NCBI GenBank assembly: GCA_951406725.2
Contig: OX597821.1
Span: forward strand, 89,466,001 to 89,530,000
Source: Octopus vulgaris
Taxonomy: Eukaryota
Direction: 5' to 3'
DNA: 64,000 bases
Positions 36,253-49,274 of this stretch are shown here, in pieces. Position 1 is the stretch's first letter. Each line of letters begins with the position of its first letter. The position numbers and the translations under genes were made by a program. The notes below the pieces were generated by a model, which worked only from the letters and a program-made list of their open reading frames with translations, was not told the DNA's origin and made no database searches.

Positions 36253-37681
36253 ATTATTATTATTATTATTATATTATTGGTTGCATGTCTGTTTTATGGA
36301 TATGCAAGCAGATTTCAAGTGTAAGGCATGAAAAACAAAATGAATTCAATTCTATTGTCACAAAATGTCATTTCTGTAAATAGAACATTTGATGCTATTG
36401 TTTTTTCCTTCTTTTTACTTTTTTTTTTTTTTCACTTCAAAGCAAAATGGAGAGAAATTTTATTGCAATTATCAGTTAAGAGTTTCAGTAGATTTTTGCT
36501 AGCATTTCTCAAGCATGTTTGTCCATTAACATATTTTTATCAGTATCTAGTAACGATTTTTTAAAGAAGTTCTCAGAAATAATTAAGAGGTTAATCAAAA
36601 GAAAAGTTTTAGCATAATTTTTTAATTTCGATATTTTTTTCAAATATATTGAATGCTATTCAATTTGTAATTGTTCGGAATAATAACACAAATGTCAAGA
36701 CAATATGAGAACATGTGAACAGGCACTTGATCTGCAAAGAATTTACAATTAAAACTTCTTAAGACCACATTTTATAATCTTGAAGACTGGATAATCTAGT
36801 TTTAGTTACATTTTCCCCTTTATTCTCTTAATCTTTACTGTTTCCAGCCAGTGGACTGTGGCTGTACTCAGGTGCCATGTTTGAGGTATTTCAGTAATTC
36901 ATTCAGCCCTAGTACTGAGGAATTTCAACCGTGTTTCGTGGTCTGCTACCACAACAGCTCCTTTATAGGATCCAGTTAGCTTAAGACACCATCAAGAGAA
37001 ACCACGTCTGGTTTTGGCCTCTACTCCTCTACCGTTTTGACGTGGTGGGCCCCCACCTCTTTCGAAGGTGTCTTCAGCTCTGGTGTTGAGTGCATGTCTT
37101 CTTTCTCCTTCTTTCTTCTGTTCCCTGGCTTCTTCAATGTAGTGTCAATGAGTGTCAGTGGGTGACTGGCTGTCTTGTCAATTTTTGTTTGTTTTTTCCC
37201 CTTTAAATACCTGCTGCTAGGCTCCAGCAGGTTTTCTATTGACTGAATGTGTAAGTTACCTTTAGACTTCTAAGGGACACAACTTGATGCAAACATATGC
37301 AGAAGGATAGATACTTAGCCAGAAACACACATAGAGCAAAGCCTTAATTAATACAATTAGCTCATTCTGAGTAAATGCTGTACTAATTGAATAGAGCAAT
37401 GTATAAGAAATACAATAACTGATTTAAGAACTTTCAAAATAAGTAGCTGCATTCTTATATATGCAAATTTTTTTTTTCGGTGTTTCAAAGTAATAGTCTA
37501 ATTTTGGTACAAAGCTAGTAAGTTTTGGAGGAGTGAGCCAGTTGATTGCCTAAACCCCAGTTTTTTACTGATACTTTATTTTATCGATCCTGTAAGGGCT
37601 GAAAGGTAAAGTCAGCGTTAGTGGCATGTGACCTCAGGACGTAAAGCTGAAAGAAATACTACTAAGAATTTTGTCTTGTAT

Positions 37682-38075
37682 TCTTTTATTCTTTTACTTG
37701 TTTCAGTCATTTGACTGCAGCCATGCTGGAGCACCACTTTTAGTCGAACAAAAATCGACCCTGATACTTATTCTTTGTAAACCTAGTACTTATTCCATCG
37801 GTCTCTTTTTGCCGAACTGCTAAGTTATGGGGACATAAACACACTGCCATCAGTTGTCAAGTAATAGCGGGGGGTGGGGTGGGGGCACAATCCCACACAC
37901 TCATATATATACGACAGGGCTTCTTTCAGTTTCTGTCTACCAAATTCACTCACAAGGTTTCGGTTGGCCAGAGGCTATAGTAGAAGACACTTGTCCAAGT
38001 TGCCACGCAGTGGGACTGAACCCGGAACCACATGGTTGAGAAGCAAGATTCTTACCACACAGCCCTCCTGTGCCT
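37682..38075 (-). mobile_element. SINE family A
   Basis: Match to family A. Confidence 0.88.
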
Positions 38076-38319
38076 ATGTCAATGATTCTTCCAGCTTGTG
38101 AATGCATTCACTATACAGCAGTTTGTTAGAAATGTAGTATTATTCTTTATTGCTGTGTATAAAAGAAAAAAGAAAGAAACAACGTTTTAAAAACTTTTGG
38201 TGAATGAAAGAGCTTTGACTGCAAGAAGAGCAACTGGCCATAAAAATCTTGTCTCAGTCATCTACCATGCAAGACATGCCAGCATAAAACAAGAAATGTT
38301 AAACAAATGAACAAATAGG

Positions 38320-38692
38320 TCAGGAGTGGCTGTGTGGTAAGAAACTTGCTTCCCAACCACACGGTTCAGAGTTCAGTTTCACTGCGTGGCACCTTGGGCA
38401 AGTGTCTTCTACTGTAGTCTCAAGCTGACCAGAGCCTTGTGAGTGGATTTGATAGACGAAAACTGAAAGAAGCCCATCATATATGTGTGTGTGTGTGCGT
38501 GTGTGCGTGTGTGGATGTATGTAATTGTTATTTGTGTCTGCTTGACACCCAGCATTGCTTGACAACTGAGACGGATAGGATAAGTACTAGGCTTACAAAT
38601 AATAAACCCTGGGGTCATTTTGTTCAGCTAAATGAGGTGCTCCAGCATGGCCACAGTCAAATGACTGAAATGCGAAAACGAATAAAAGAATA
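38320..38692 (+). mobile_element. SINE family A
   Basis: Match to family A. Confidence 0.88.
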
Positions 38693-39139
38693 AGTAACAA
38701 ATTTTTTTCTTTTGAAAAAATATTTATTCAGTATCATTTGAATAACATTTTTTCTTTATTTTCTTATCTTTCTCATTGTCTAAGTTTCAATTAAACTACA
38801 TATATTTATTATTAAGGTTGATACCAATTATTAAATGCTTGAACTTTTCAAATTCATAGATATTGTGTCATTTATTCTTCATATTCATCAGCCTATTGTC
38901 TTCCCCCTGCTTTCTATTACCAACTCTTGGCTCAGATAAATAAATTTGTGATAAATTATTTCTTTTAAATCAGATTCATGTAAATCATAAATATTTGTAT
39001 CATTTACTTTTAAGTTATCTTTTGACACTTTGCCATCCTTGTTATTTGTTTTCTTTCTTCAATGAAAATCTTTTTGAAGACTTTCTTCTCCAGATCAGTC
39101 CCATATGATATCAGCAGTCAATGTTTGTAGTCATAGCAA

Positions 39140-39355
39140 GGCAATGAGCTGGCAGAAACATTAGCATGCTAGGCAAAATGCTTAGTGGTATTTAGTCTGT
39201 TTTTACGTTCTGAGTTTAAATTCTGCTGAGGGTCAACTTTGCCTTTTATCCTTTCAGGGTCGATAAATTTAGAACCAGTTGCATACTGGGTCGATCTAAT
39301 TGACTGGACCCTTCCCCCAAAATTTTGGGTGTTGTCCCTAGAGTAGAAAAGGTTA
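39140..39355 (+). mobile_element. SINE family B, variant tail
   Basis: GAGCTGGCAGAAAC...TGAGTTTAAATTC...GCCTTTTATCCTTTCAGGGTCGATAAA...CCTAGAGTAGAAAAG. Confidence 0.85.
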
Positions 39356-39659
39356 TTTATGGCCATTATCCATTTTTTGATTATTTCTTTCAAACATCAG
39401 GATATTTTAAAACTGCAACTTGTCTGTACATGTAACCTCCTCTGTTAAAGTTTTCTTAGACTTCTGAATTTCTGAAACAAACTGCTAAAAGCAGAAAAAA
39501 ATTCTTTAGCTCTTGCTGGAATCCCATTTGCTTGGTTATCCTAAAATGCAGAGATGATGGTTATAGCTTATATTTTAATAGTCATGGTACATAGAGGAAT
39601 ATGTTTGAGATTTTAATCAATTCACAAACACAATGTTCGATTTATCTTTTTTTATAAAT

Positions 39660-40080
39660 CATGGTCTCAAAAATTTGTCCTACGAAGAAAGGCTGAGGAC
39701 GCTCGACCTTTATTCTCTTGAAAAACGCCGCCGCCGTGATGATCTCATTCTCGCCCACAACATCATAAGCGGAAAGTGTAACTTCTCGAAAGAGCTGTTC
39801 TTCACTCCTGCTCCAGAGCGTCGGCTGCGGGGTCATTCCGAAAAGCTCTACCTGCGACGATTTCATCTCAATCGAAGGAGAGGAGCTTTCTCCGTCCGGG
39901 TTGCGGATCCGTGGAACAAACTGCCAGACGAGATGGTGAAGATGCCGACGACCGCTTTGTTCAAAGCCTCCCTGGACCTCAAGTGGCCTGAACTCTTTAC
40001 ATGAACACCACCCTGTACTTAACTCCATGTCCCCCTACATGGCCTTGCTATTTGCTTTTGAGCCAAATTAACTAACTAAC
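39660..40080 (+). mobile_element. CR1-clade LINE 3' end (ORF2 C-terminus, 3' UTR, (TAAC)n tail), relatively young
   Basis: LSYEERLRTLDLYSLEKRR...LRGHSEKL...FSVRVADPWNKLP...FKASLD; open frame and CpG-rich. Confidence 0.9.
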
Positions 40081-40085
40081 ATGAT

Positions 40086-40685
40086 ATTCTTTTCGACTCT
40101 AGGCACAAGGCCTGAAAGTTTTAGGGAGAGGGAGCATTCGATTAGATCAACCCCAATATGCAACTGGTACTAAATTTATTGACCCTGAAAGGAGGAAAGG
40201 CAAAGTCGACCTCAGCGGAATTTGAACTCAGAATGTAAAGACAGATGAAATACCACTAAGCATTTTATCTGATGTGCTAACGTTTCTGCCAGCTCACTGC
40301 CTTACTATTATTCTTTTCTACTCTAGGCACAAGACCTGAAAATTTGGTGGAGGGGGCCAATCGATTAGATCGACCCCAGTATGCAACTGGTACTTAATTT
40401 ATTGACCCCGAAAGGATGAAAGGCAAAGTCAACCTCGGCGGAATTTGAACTCAGAACGTAAAGACATTCCTGCCAGCTCACCACCTTCTTTTCTACTCTA
40501 GGCACAAGACCTGAAAATTTGAGGGAGGGGGCCAGTCGATTAGATCGACTCCATTATGCAACTTGTACTTAATTTATTGACCCCGAAAGGATGAAAGACA
40601 AAGTCAACCTCGTTGGAATTTGAATTCAGAATGTTAAGAAAGATGGAGCACTGCTCAGCATTTTGCCTGGTGTGCTAACGTTTCT
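40086..40685 (-). mobile_element. Three head-to-tail SINE family B (variant tail) copies
   Basis: Units start with TCTTTTC(G/T)ACTCTAGGCACAAG at about 40088, 40312 and 40487. Confidence 0.85.
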
Positions 40686-40891
40686 ACCTTGTACTTCTAT
40701 TTATATTACCAAGCTAATCTAGGTTAGATACCTCACTACAAATAGAAACTATTGCATGAAGAGAAATAAGGAAATTACTAGGCAATTGGAAGACAACCAT
40801 TATAAATTACTTGCTGTTACTGAATGTATTTTTCTAACTGTTACATTAGACACGTGATCATTCTTAAGTTGTTCTCTGTGTGTGTGTGTGT

Positions 40892-40983
<92 letters not shown>

Positions 40984-41142
40984 ATAAGTGCGTGTTTGTG
41001 TGCCTGGGTATACATGTATTGTATATGTTTACATCATTGCTTGGAAAATTTGGTATCACTTAAAAATGATTAATTTGGGTAACATACTACTCCAGAACAA
41101 TCTTAATTAGTGGTCTAATCTGAGTGTGTTTATTTTTAATTA

Positions 41143-41441
41143 TTTGCTCCTTCTCGAGCCATGCCTGGCTCATAAGGGCCGGTTTCCCAGTTTCCTTGGC
41201 ATATAGGTTCCCAGCCTGGAAGGGATGCTGGTCCATCGCAGGTGAGCTGCTAGATGCAGGAGGAAAGAGTAAGAGAAAGTTGTGGTGAAAGAGTCAGCAG
41301 AAGTTCGTCATTACCTTCTGCTGGAGCCGAGTGGAGCTTAGGTGTTTCACTCATAAACACACACATCGCCCAGTATGAGATTCGAACCTGCAATCCCTCG
41401 AACGCGAGTCCGCTGCTCTAACCAATAGGCCATGTGCTTCC
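41143..41441 (-). mobile_element. SINE family D (tRNA-derived), full length
   Basis: Minus strand GGAAGCACATGGCCTATTGGTTAGAGCAGCGGACTCGCG...GCAGGTTCGAATCTC with clear Pol III A and B boxes. Confidence 0.85.
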
Positions 41442-43111
41442 ATTAAACTGTATGTGTGTGTGTGTATACGATAGGCTTCTTCACTATTTTCACTCTCCCA
41501 ATTCCAGTGACGATGCTTTGGTCAACCTGGGCAGGTGTGGCTATAATAGAAAACACTTGTCGAAGGTGCTGCATAAGAAGAGAACCGTTAAATCACTTAC
41601 TCCTATAACACACCAGAAGGCCTTTGCAAATGAAAATGAGTGCTCAACACCACATCGGTGGATAAAATTTCTTTCTTTATTTGTGTATTAAGGCTACCAT
41701 TAGTTTCATGCCAAGGAAAATATCTTAATATCTAAACAATTTTTCAAGTCGATCGTATGGAGGAATGATGTTCATCTCCATTTGCGATAAGAAATTGAAA
41801 AATGCATGCAGAGTGACAAAACTGTTCTGCATGCACTTGTCCAGTGTCAGATCATTACTGACTTGCAGAGTTTTGTCAAACACGCTTGCTGTTGTGTGTT
41901 AAACAGATCTGGCAATCTAATATGTTCAAATAGTGCTAACATCAACTTTGCTTTTCATTCTTCCAGCGTCAATAAAATACAGTACCAGTCAGATATTGGG
42001 ATTCATTGTTATTGACTGTCACCTGACCCCAAATTTCTAGCCTCATTCTGACATTAGAAACGTTTATTATTTTTTGTTTATACTTTTATAAAAATACATG
42101 GCCTTGTGCCAATGCTAGAATTTACTCTTTATCATTAATAATATTATAATAACTATTATTATTATTTATCAAAGTAGTAGTATTGGAACTAGTAATTGTA
42201 GTAGTAGTAGTGATATTTGCCAATATATATTGTCTCCTATTGCCCATTAAAAAAAAAGGCAATTTTTCAGTATATTTTTTCCTTCTTTTTTATCTAATTT
42301 TTGAAGAGGGGTAGGTAAGATATTTTGTTCTTGAAGTGTTTCCATACATTTTTTTTCATATTCTTGTTTGTTAGTTGTGATTTATTATTATTGCTCCAAC
42401 TGTTGTTGCTGTTGTTGTTGACCAGTGTACGAATAACCATCCGAAGCGTAAAAAATTAATTGTCCATAAAGAAATTTTTTTCTGTTATGTTTAATTCTTT
42501 TTTTTTGGTTTTGTCTAGATGTTTACTAGCAAATAAATAAAAAAAATGTGGTTTAAAATGTTAATATGGTAATTAAACATAGCCAAACATTTCAGGGTAT
42601 GTGCCATTCTGTCAGAATGTCACCAATGTCATAGAAATAGCAAACTCATTAAAGATTTACGATTTTTGTTTGCTTATTTAATATGTGTGCGTGCAGTGTG
42701 CATGTGTGTGTGTTACTGAAAATAAATAATTATAATATAGTTTGACATAGAGGTCAGGTGGCAAGCTACTAAATCATTCATAGTGAGCTTGGAGGGGGAC
42801 ATCAAGGTGTGTCGAGACCTTGCTAAGGAAATACTTAATTTATATGAAGAACACCTCCCCCTCCACCCCCACCCGACCTCTTCCTAAAGCTTAACTAGAG
42901 GACCTTCATAGGCAGCTAATGAGACAAGCCTTCTTTATGGGTTGAAACTCCAACCCTTACACAGTCAGATACATGCTGAAAATGACAAATGACTAACTCT
43001 CTGGTGCTCCTTCTTGAGTAGAGTAACAAGGTAGCACACATGCTCCTTTTTCTGATCAATGAGGACCATCAATTTATCCTTATAGATGTCTGATGACTAG
43101 TACGATTAAAT

Positions 43112-43690
43112 ATGGTTTCTGATTACAAATATCTTGGGTCATACATATCATCATCTGGAAAAGACTTTCTAACTAGAAAGGGTATGGCCTGGTCAGCCTG
43201 TAATGACATGCATAAGATCTGGTCATCAAATCTAAGTAGAGACTTCAAACTTGAAATCTTCAAAGCCACAGTCGAACCAATTCTACTATATGGCTCAGAA
43301 ACCTGGACGTTATCAAAGAAGCTTGAGAGACAGTTGGAAGGAACCTATACTCGCCTCCTTATGAGAGCTCAAAATCTCTCGTGGAAGCGCCATCCAACCA
43401 AAATGCAAATATATGGGAAACTACCACCTGTGTCATCTCTTGTATAAGGTAAGAGAGTCCAGTTTGCTGGACATTGTTGTAGAGCTGAAAAAGAGGTAAT
43501 TTCTACTCTTCTCCACTGGAAGCCATCTACTCTCAATACCAGAGGGCGCACACTCTCCTACCCTGACGTAATCTCCAGGGATACAGGCATCAAGCAACAG
43601 GACTTCCGTAATGCCATGATGGACCATGAAGTCTGGCGTTGCATGGTAAATTCCGTTGTCTCGACCACGGTCGAATAATGATGATGATGA
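43112..43690 (+). mobile_element. RTE-clade LINE 3' part (5'-truncated ORF)
   Basis: YKYLGSYI...ILLYGSETWTL...YTRLL...SWKRHPT..IYGKLP...*..RVQFAGH...WR; (TGA)n tail directly after the stop. Confidence 0.9.
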
Positions 43691-43951
43691 CGATTACTAT
43701 TAGTCTTACTCTATCATCTGTAACTATCTTCAATCCAAGGGTAAGATAACAAGGGATGGAGACAGATGCAGCAGAGGATGAAGATGTCACACTCCACTTA
43801 CTTCATGTTGCTCTCTGCACTTCACAATCTGCCATTTCCTCCAGTGAACCATAAAAGTCCCTTCCATAGAACCTGCTAGATTCAATCTTCACATGCATAC
43901 ACAAGCAACCCCCAATGTGCTAATTAACCCACAGCTGGGACCAAGATTCGT

Positions 43952-44017
43952 AAACTCCATGTCCCCTTACATGGCCTTGCTTTTTGATTTTTAAGCCAAA
44001 AAATTAACTAACTAACT
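43952..44017 (+). mobile_element. CR1 3' UTR tail only
   Basis: AACTCCATGTCCCCTTACATGGCCTTGCT...TTAACTAACTAAC; matches about 40021-40080. Confidence 0.8.
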
Positions 44018-44585
44018 ACTACTACTATTGGTCAGAGTAGACTCAGGAACTATACTGACTATAAGGTGGTTCCACATGATCAAAAAAAGAAAGTTGACCT
44101 AAGACAAGGTAATAAAAAGATGGTAGGTCTTCTTCCAAAATCTTTGTTTAAATGCTGAAGGTGTTGTGACTGTTGATAAGTTTAGCACAAGCAGAAACAT
44201 AGTTGATAGATGATGAGGAGGGGAAATTTGAAAGTCAGTGATTTAAAAAAAAAACGACTTCAGTACTAACACCAGGGACTGTTGTGTGAAAATTGTTATG
44301 GTGTTGTCTACTCAAAGTGAAACCCATAAGGAAACCTCTACATTGTTGTTGATTAATCTGCTAAATTTAACTGTTCCCCAAAACACACCCTAATACCTTT
44401 GAAAATGTGGGCACATTGAATAATTTGGGCGTAGGTACACAATGCTTCAAGAGAAATACAAAATGATCATAACTAGAATACCATTGAACATAGGTTTGTG
44501 TGGACAGACCCAAGATTTAGCATCATCTGTATTCTGTTTTCTTCAGAATGGGTTTGCAAATTTCTATTATAACTTATATAACTTA

Positions 44586-44986
44586 CTAGCAGTATCGCCT
44601 GGCGTTGCTCGGGTTTGTAAGGGAAATAACTATATAAGCATTTTTAGAGATGTAAAGTATAATAGCCACCTCAATATGGCTAACCACAAAGGGGGGGGTG
44701 TTACTGTAGATTTTTACGTTCTGAGATTTAATAATAAATTTTTTAGAGAGTTACTTCCCTTATATATGCCAAAGATGCATTAAAAATGGGAAAAATTGAT
44801 GGTAAATTTTTTTTTTAAATCGTAGACTCATCGTAGACATGCGCGCTAATACCCAGAAAGGCTCGATATGAATCACAACAATAAGATACCCGCTTTTGGT
44901 TAAACTGCACTGCAAAATGTGGGAGTAGTTAGGAATCTAAATCGTAGGAGACAGACAGCACACAACTTCTCTTTTATATATAAAGA
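44586..44986 (-). mobile_element. Non-autonomous Helitron (401 bp)
   Basis: Minus strand begins TCTTTATATATAAAAG, ends with hairpin CCCGAGCAACGCCAGG and terminal CTAG; inserted between A and T, no TSD. Confidence 0.85.
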
Positions 44987-45189
44987 TTACTGAAATTGCT
45001 GCTGTCTAGTTCTTGGACAACAGGGATACAAAAAATATATAAAAAGGTATTCCTGTAGCAACCATATCTTTTTCTTTGACACAGTACTTCAAAGTGTTCT
45101 TCTATTTTAAGTTGGCTGAGTACAATTTAAGAGAGGTTTATCTTTTATTTCTAACCAGTTGCATGACTGCATATAAGACATTTTATAAG

Positions 45190-46450
45190 CTCATCATTTA
45201 CAGCAATGCTATTGGCAAAGTGATAGCAAGCAATGAAGCCAGCAACAAGTTTAGGGTACAAGTGAGGATATTTGTCAGGGCTCTGGCCCCAGCTCACTTC
45301 TGTTCATTGTTGTCCTCCAATTTATAACAGAGAAGTTTAATACCAGTAACTAACTACCAGTAAGCTCCTTTATACTGATGAACTAGTTTATATATAGTTC
45401 TCAATGAAGGATTTAGAGAGGAAATTCCAAATGTCGAAGCAAAATATAGAATTGAGAGGCTTCAAACTTAATTTAGCTAGGAATAATGCATTCGTAATTA
45501 GGAAACAAGATTGGGCCTTGCTAATATCAGAAATGCAGTTATGCTCAATGTACAGTAAAGGAATAGATAACAATTTCAACGGAATCACAGAATAAACAGG
45601 CTAATAGAGTAAATACAGGTAGACTTCACATGAGACAGATATCTGGAAACAAAAAGTTCTAGAGTCCAAGGAAAATAAATATGAAGAACACCCATGGGAA
45701 AAAGACACTGTGACTAGAATAATTACAAGTCTTGCAAGAAGTGGTTGATAGTTTCTGCTACTTCACTTAATTAGTTGTACATGTGGGTGTTTAGAGAGTA
45801 TAGTAGCCAGATTAAGAACGGGATAAAAAAGCTTCAGAGAGTTATTCTCTCTTCTCGAAATAAGGTCTTCTGCATAAGGATGAAGGGCAGATTGTATTAT
45901 GTGTGTAAGTGCTAAATGTAGCTATACATGGTTTTGAGACATTAACCATCAGCTCAGAATTTCCGACACCAGAAAGAAATGAAACAAGTATGCCTCACTG
46001 GATGTGTAATGTTAGAGTGCATGAGAGGCTGAGAATTAAAAAGCTGACAGAAAAGAACTGGATATAAGAGAAAGCAGATGTAGCATACAAGTCTGTGATG
46101 GTATGGATCGGCGAGCTGGCAGAATCGTTAGCACGTCGGGCGAAATGCTTAGCAGTATTTCGTCTGCCGCTACGTTCTGAGTTCAAATTCCACCGAGGTC
46201 GACTTTGCCTTTCATCCTTTCGGGGTCGATAAATTAAGTACCAGTTACGCACTGGGGTAGATATAATCGATTTAATAACTATGTCTGTCCATATTTGTCC
46301 CCTCTATGTTTAGCCCCTTGTGGGTAGTAAGGAAATAGGTATGGACTCGTGGAATGTAAGGAGGATGAATGTTGAATTAAAAAGTTACGCATACTGAAAA
46401 TGAATGGTAGTGATGGAAGATGGAGACAAGGTAGACTGGGAATGGACTGT
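45190..46450 (+). mobile_element. Old RTE LINE RT/C-terminal fossil, interrupted by SINE B at 46110-46337
   Basis: QGSGPSSLLFIVVLQ, LLYTDELV (YADD motif), KDLERKF...GFKLNL, SIVARLR, ERNETSMPHWMCNV. Confidence 0.75.
46110..46337 (+). mobile_element. SINE family B, full length, TSD GGTATGGA
   Basis: tRNA-like head GGCGAGCTGGCAGAATCG...GAGTTCAAATTCC, central GTCGACTTTGCCTTTCATCCTTTCGGGGTCGATAAA (resembles Meta-type SINE domains); GGTATGGA at 46100 and 46338. Confidence 0.9.
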
Positions 46451-46595
46451 TGGAAACTGATCTCAAGATGATGCAATCCATTTGAGAGATGACAAGAGAC
46501 ATGTTGGCTGGTGATTACCGATGTTGTAGATGCTGGAGAACACCCTTTGAAAGAAGACACAGCCATCTGTACAAGCATGGTAGATGATAAGTAAA

Positions 46596-47193
46596 GGCGG
46601 CGAGCTGGCAGAAACGTTAGCACGCCGGGCGAAATGCTTAGCGGTATTTCGTCTGCGTTACGTTGTGAGTTCAAATTCCGCCGAGGTCGACTTTGCCTTT
46701 CATCCTTTCGGGGTCGATAAATTAAGTACCAGTTACGCACTGGGGTCGATGTAATCGACTTAATACCTATGTCTGTCCTTGTTTGTCCCCTCTGTGTTTA
46801 GCCCCTTGTGGGTAATAAAGAAATAGGTATTTTGTCTGCCGTTACGTTCTGAGTTCAAATTCCGCTGAGGTCGACTTTGCTTTTCATCCTTTTGGGGTCG
46901 ATTAAATAAGTACCAGTTACACACTGGGGTCGATGTAATCGACTTAATCCGTTTGTCTGTCCTTGTTTGTCCCTTCTGTGTTTAGCCCCTTGTGGGTAGT
47001 AAAGAAATAGGTATTTCGTCTACCGTTACGTTCTGAGTTCAAATTCCACCGAGGTCGACTTTGCCTTTCATCCTTTTGGGGTCGATTAAATAAGTACCAG
47101 TCACGCACTGGGGTCGATGTAATCGACTTAATCCGTTTGTCTGTCCTTGTTTGTCTTCTCTGTGTTTAGCCCCTTGTGTGTAGTAAAGAAATA
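46596..47193 (+). mobile_element. SINE family B trimer (one full unit plus two headless ~185-bp units) inside one 16-bp TSD
   Basis: GGTAGATGATAAGTAA at 46579-46594 and 47194-47209. Confidence 0.9.
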
Positions 47194-47350
47194 GGTAGAT
47201 GATAAGTAACAAAAGTAGTGGTAGAGATGTAGACTGAAATATATGTAATGCTTAGTCAACTATTGTTGCTTTGACCAGAGATGGTAACCCTCTCATCTTC
47301 CTACCACTCACTTCCCTGTTGTCTTTATCTTTACCACTCACTCAAGTATT

Positions 47351-47580
47351 TATTTCTTTACTACCCACAAAGGGCTAAACATAGAGGGGACAAACAAGGA
47401 CAGACAAACGAAGTAAGTCAATTATATCGACCCTCCAGTGCGTAACTGGTACTTATTTAATCGGCCCCGAAAGGATGAAAGGCAAAGTCGACCTCGGCGG
47501 AATTGGAACTCAGAACGTAATGGCAGACGAAATACGGCTACGCATTTCGCCCGGCGAGATAACTTTTCTGCCAGCTCGCC
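47351..47580 (-). mobile_element. SINE family B, full length with a 15-bp TSD
   Basis: ACTCACTCAAGTATT at 47336-47350 and 47581-47595. Confidence 0.9.
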
Positions 47581-48944
47581 ACTCACTCAAGTATTATTTA
47601 TGCTGTCCTTTGGTACAGGACTTGTCTATTTTCTATTCCCTTTGTCATCACTTTAATCAATTAAACTTTGGGCTGTGTTGAAGGAAATTATATTAGACCA
47701 ATATTGGTAAGTGAGTGAAACATGGGGTCATAACAACACTTCAGTCATATAAAGAACATGACAGTCTCTGTTGTGCCAGGGCTATGACAATGAACTCAGT
47801 ACACAGTGGAAAGTCATAGGTTTTAGGATGGGTACCCAGCTAGAGAAACCAAGCCAGAAATGGAACACAGGAGTGAAACATGGTTCTCTGACCCATTTAG
47901 GTAAGCAGTTCTTTTCAATAAGGACCAAGTCTGACTGGCGTAAGCTATGCAACTTATGATAGCATGTAAGCACATAAAGAAAATATAAAATGATGAAGAT
48001 GACGATGATATATAATCGTATATGTATGTATATATACATGTATGTGTGTTTATGTAACTATATATATATGTATGTATATCTTTTTACACAAATGTATATA
48101 TATATATATGTGTGTGTGTGTAAGTCACATATATATACGTGTATTTGTAAATATAAATATACGCATGCATACACACGCACATATATATATATATAAATAT
48201 ATATGTATATGCATGCACATACACACTTATGAACACAGGTTTTGTTGTTTCATACATCATTATATATTAATATATATATCACTGTTGGCCTTATGGCAAC
48301 TAAAGAAATTGTTATTATGATTATTAGCTATTATCATTTTAGTTTGGTTATAGAAATACTGGGTGACTGCAGGAACTGTATTTTGAACGATAAGAAACAA
48401 AACCTTCCTCAATCGTGAATTTTTTTTTATCCTTCATTTTCTTTTTTTCTGCTGCATTATCTACATTAGAAGCATCTAGTGCATTTGTGCATGTATAATG
48501 TTTGTTTGTTTTTCCAGTAAGCTTTTGATTTGTTTTTCTCCCCACCTACTTACTGATCTTCTTCATACATTGTAAAGTTAGCTTCAGAATTATTTTACTT
48601 CTTTCACATAAACAGACACACATACAAAATCGACCATGTACATGTGCAATATTTACAAACACATCAATGCATTCACAAACTCCAGTATATATGTATGTAT
48701 ACATATGCGTGTGTGTGTGAATGTATGTATATACATATGTGTATATATATATATATATGTGTATATATATATATATGTGTGTATATATAAATATATATAT
48801 ATATGTGTGTGTATATATATACATGTATATATGTAGATGTATATATGCATATATGTATATACAAATATATATATATTCCCACCTCTCTCTCTCTCTCTAT
48901 TTCTGTGTATATCTATGATATATGTAAGTATATATGTATGTATG

Positions 48945-49008
<64 letters not shown>

Positions 49009-49020
49009 ATATATGTAGGC

Positions 49021-49064
<44 letters not shown>

Positions 49065-49241
49065 ACATATATATGGTACTTATTTGCACAAACATACACA
49101 TGCTCATACACACACATACAGATGCATACACAAACACACACACACATACACACAAACACACATACACAGATATGTATATAGGGCAAGATAGATAGATAGA
49201 TGGATGTATACATACATACCTATATACATACATGCATATAC

Positions 49242-49274
<33 letters not shown>

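Noticed and set aside
37058-37080. Minus-strand CTGAAGA...GAAA hammerhead core
   Set aside because: No stem II closing pair (C/C) and no stem III or cleavage triplet
41370-41441. tRNA gene
   Set aside because: The tRNA-like A/B boxes continue into a SINE body shared with 18848-19100; no convincing acceptor stem
46350-46372. miR-1/206-like TGGAATGTAAGGA
   Set aside because: Lies inside an RTE fossil; no precursor hairpin and the 3' half does not match
46596-47193. Regularly spaced repeats as a CRISPR array
   Set aside because: Units are ~185-bp near-identical SINE bodies without unique spacers; no cas genes; eukaryotic DNA
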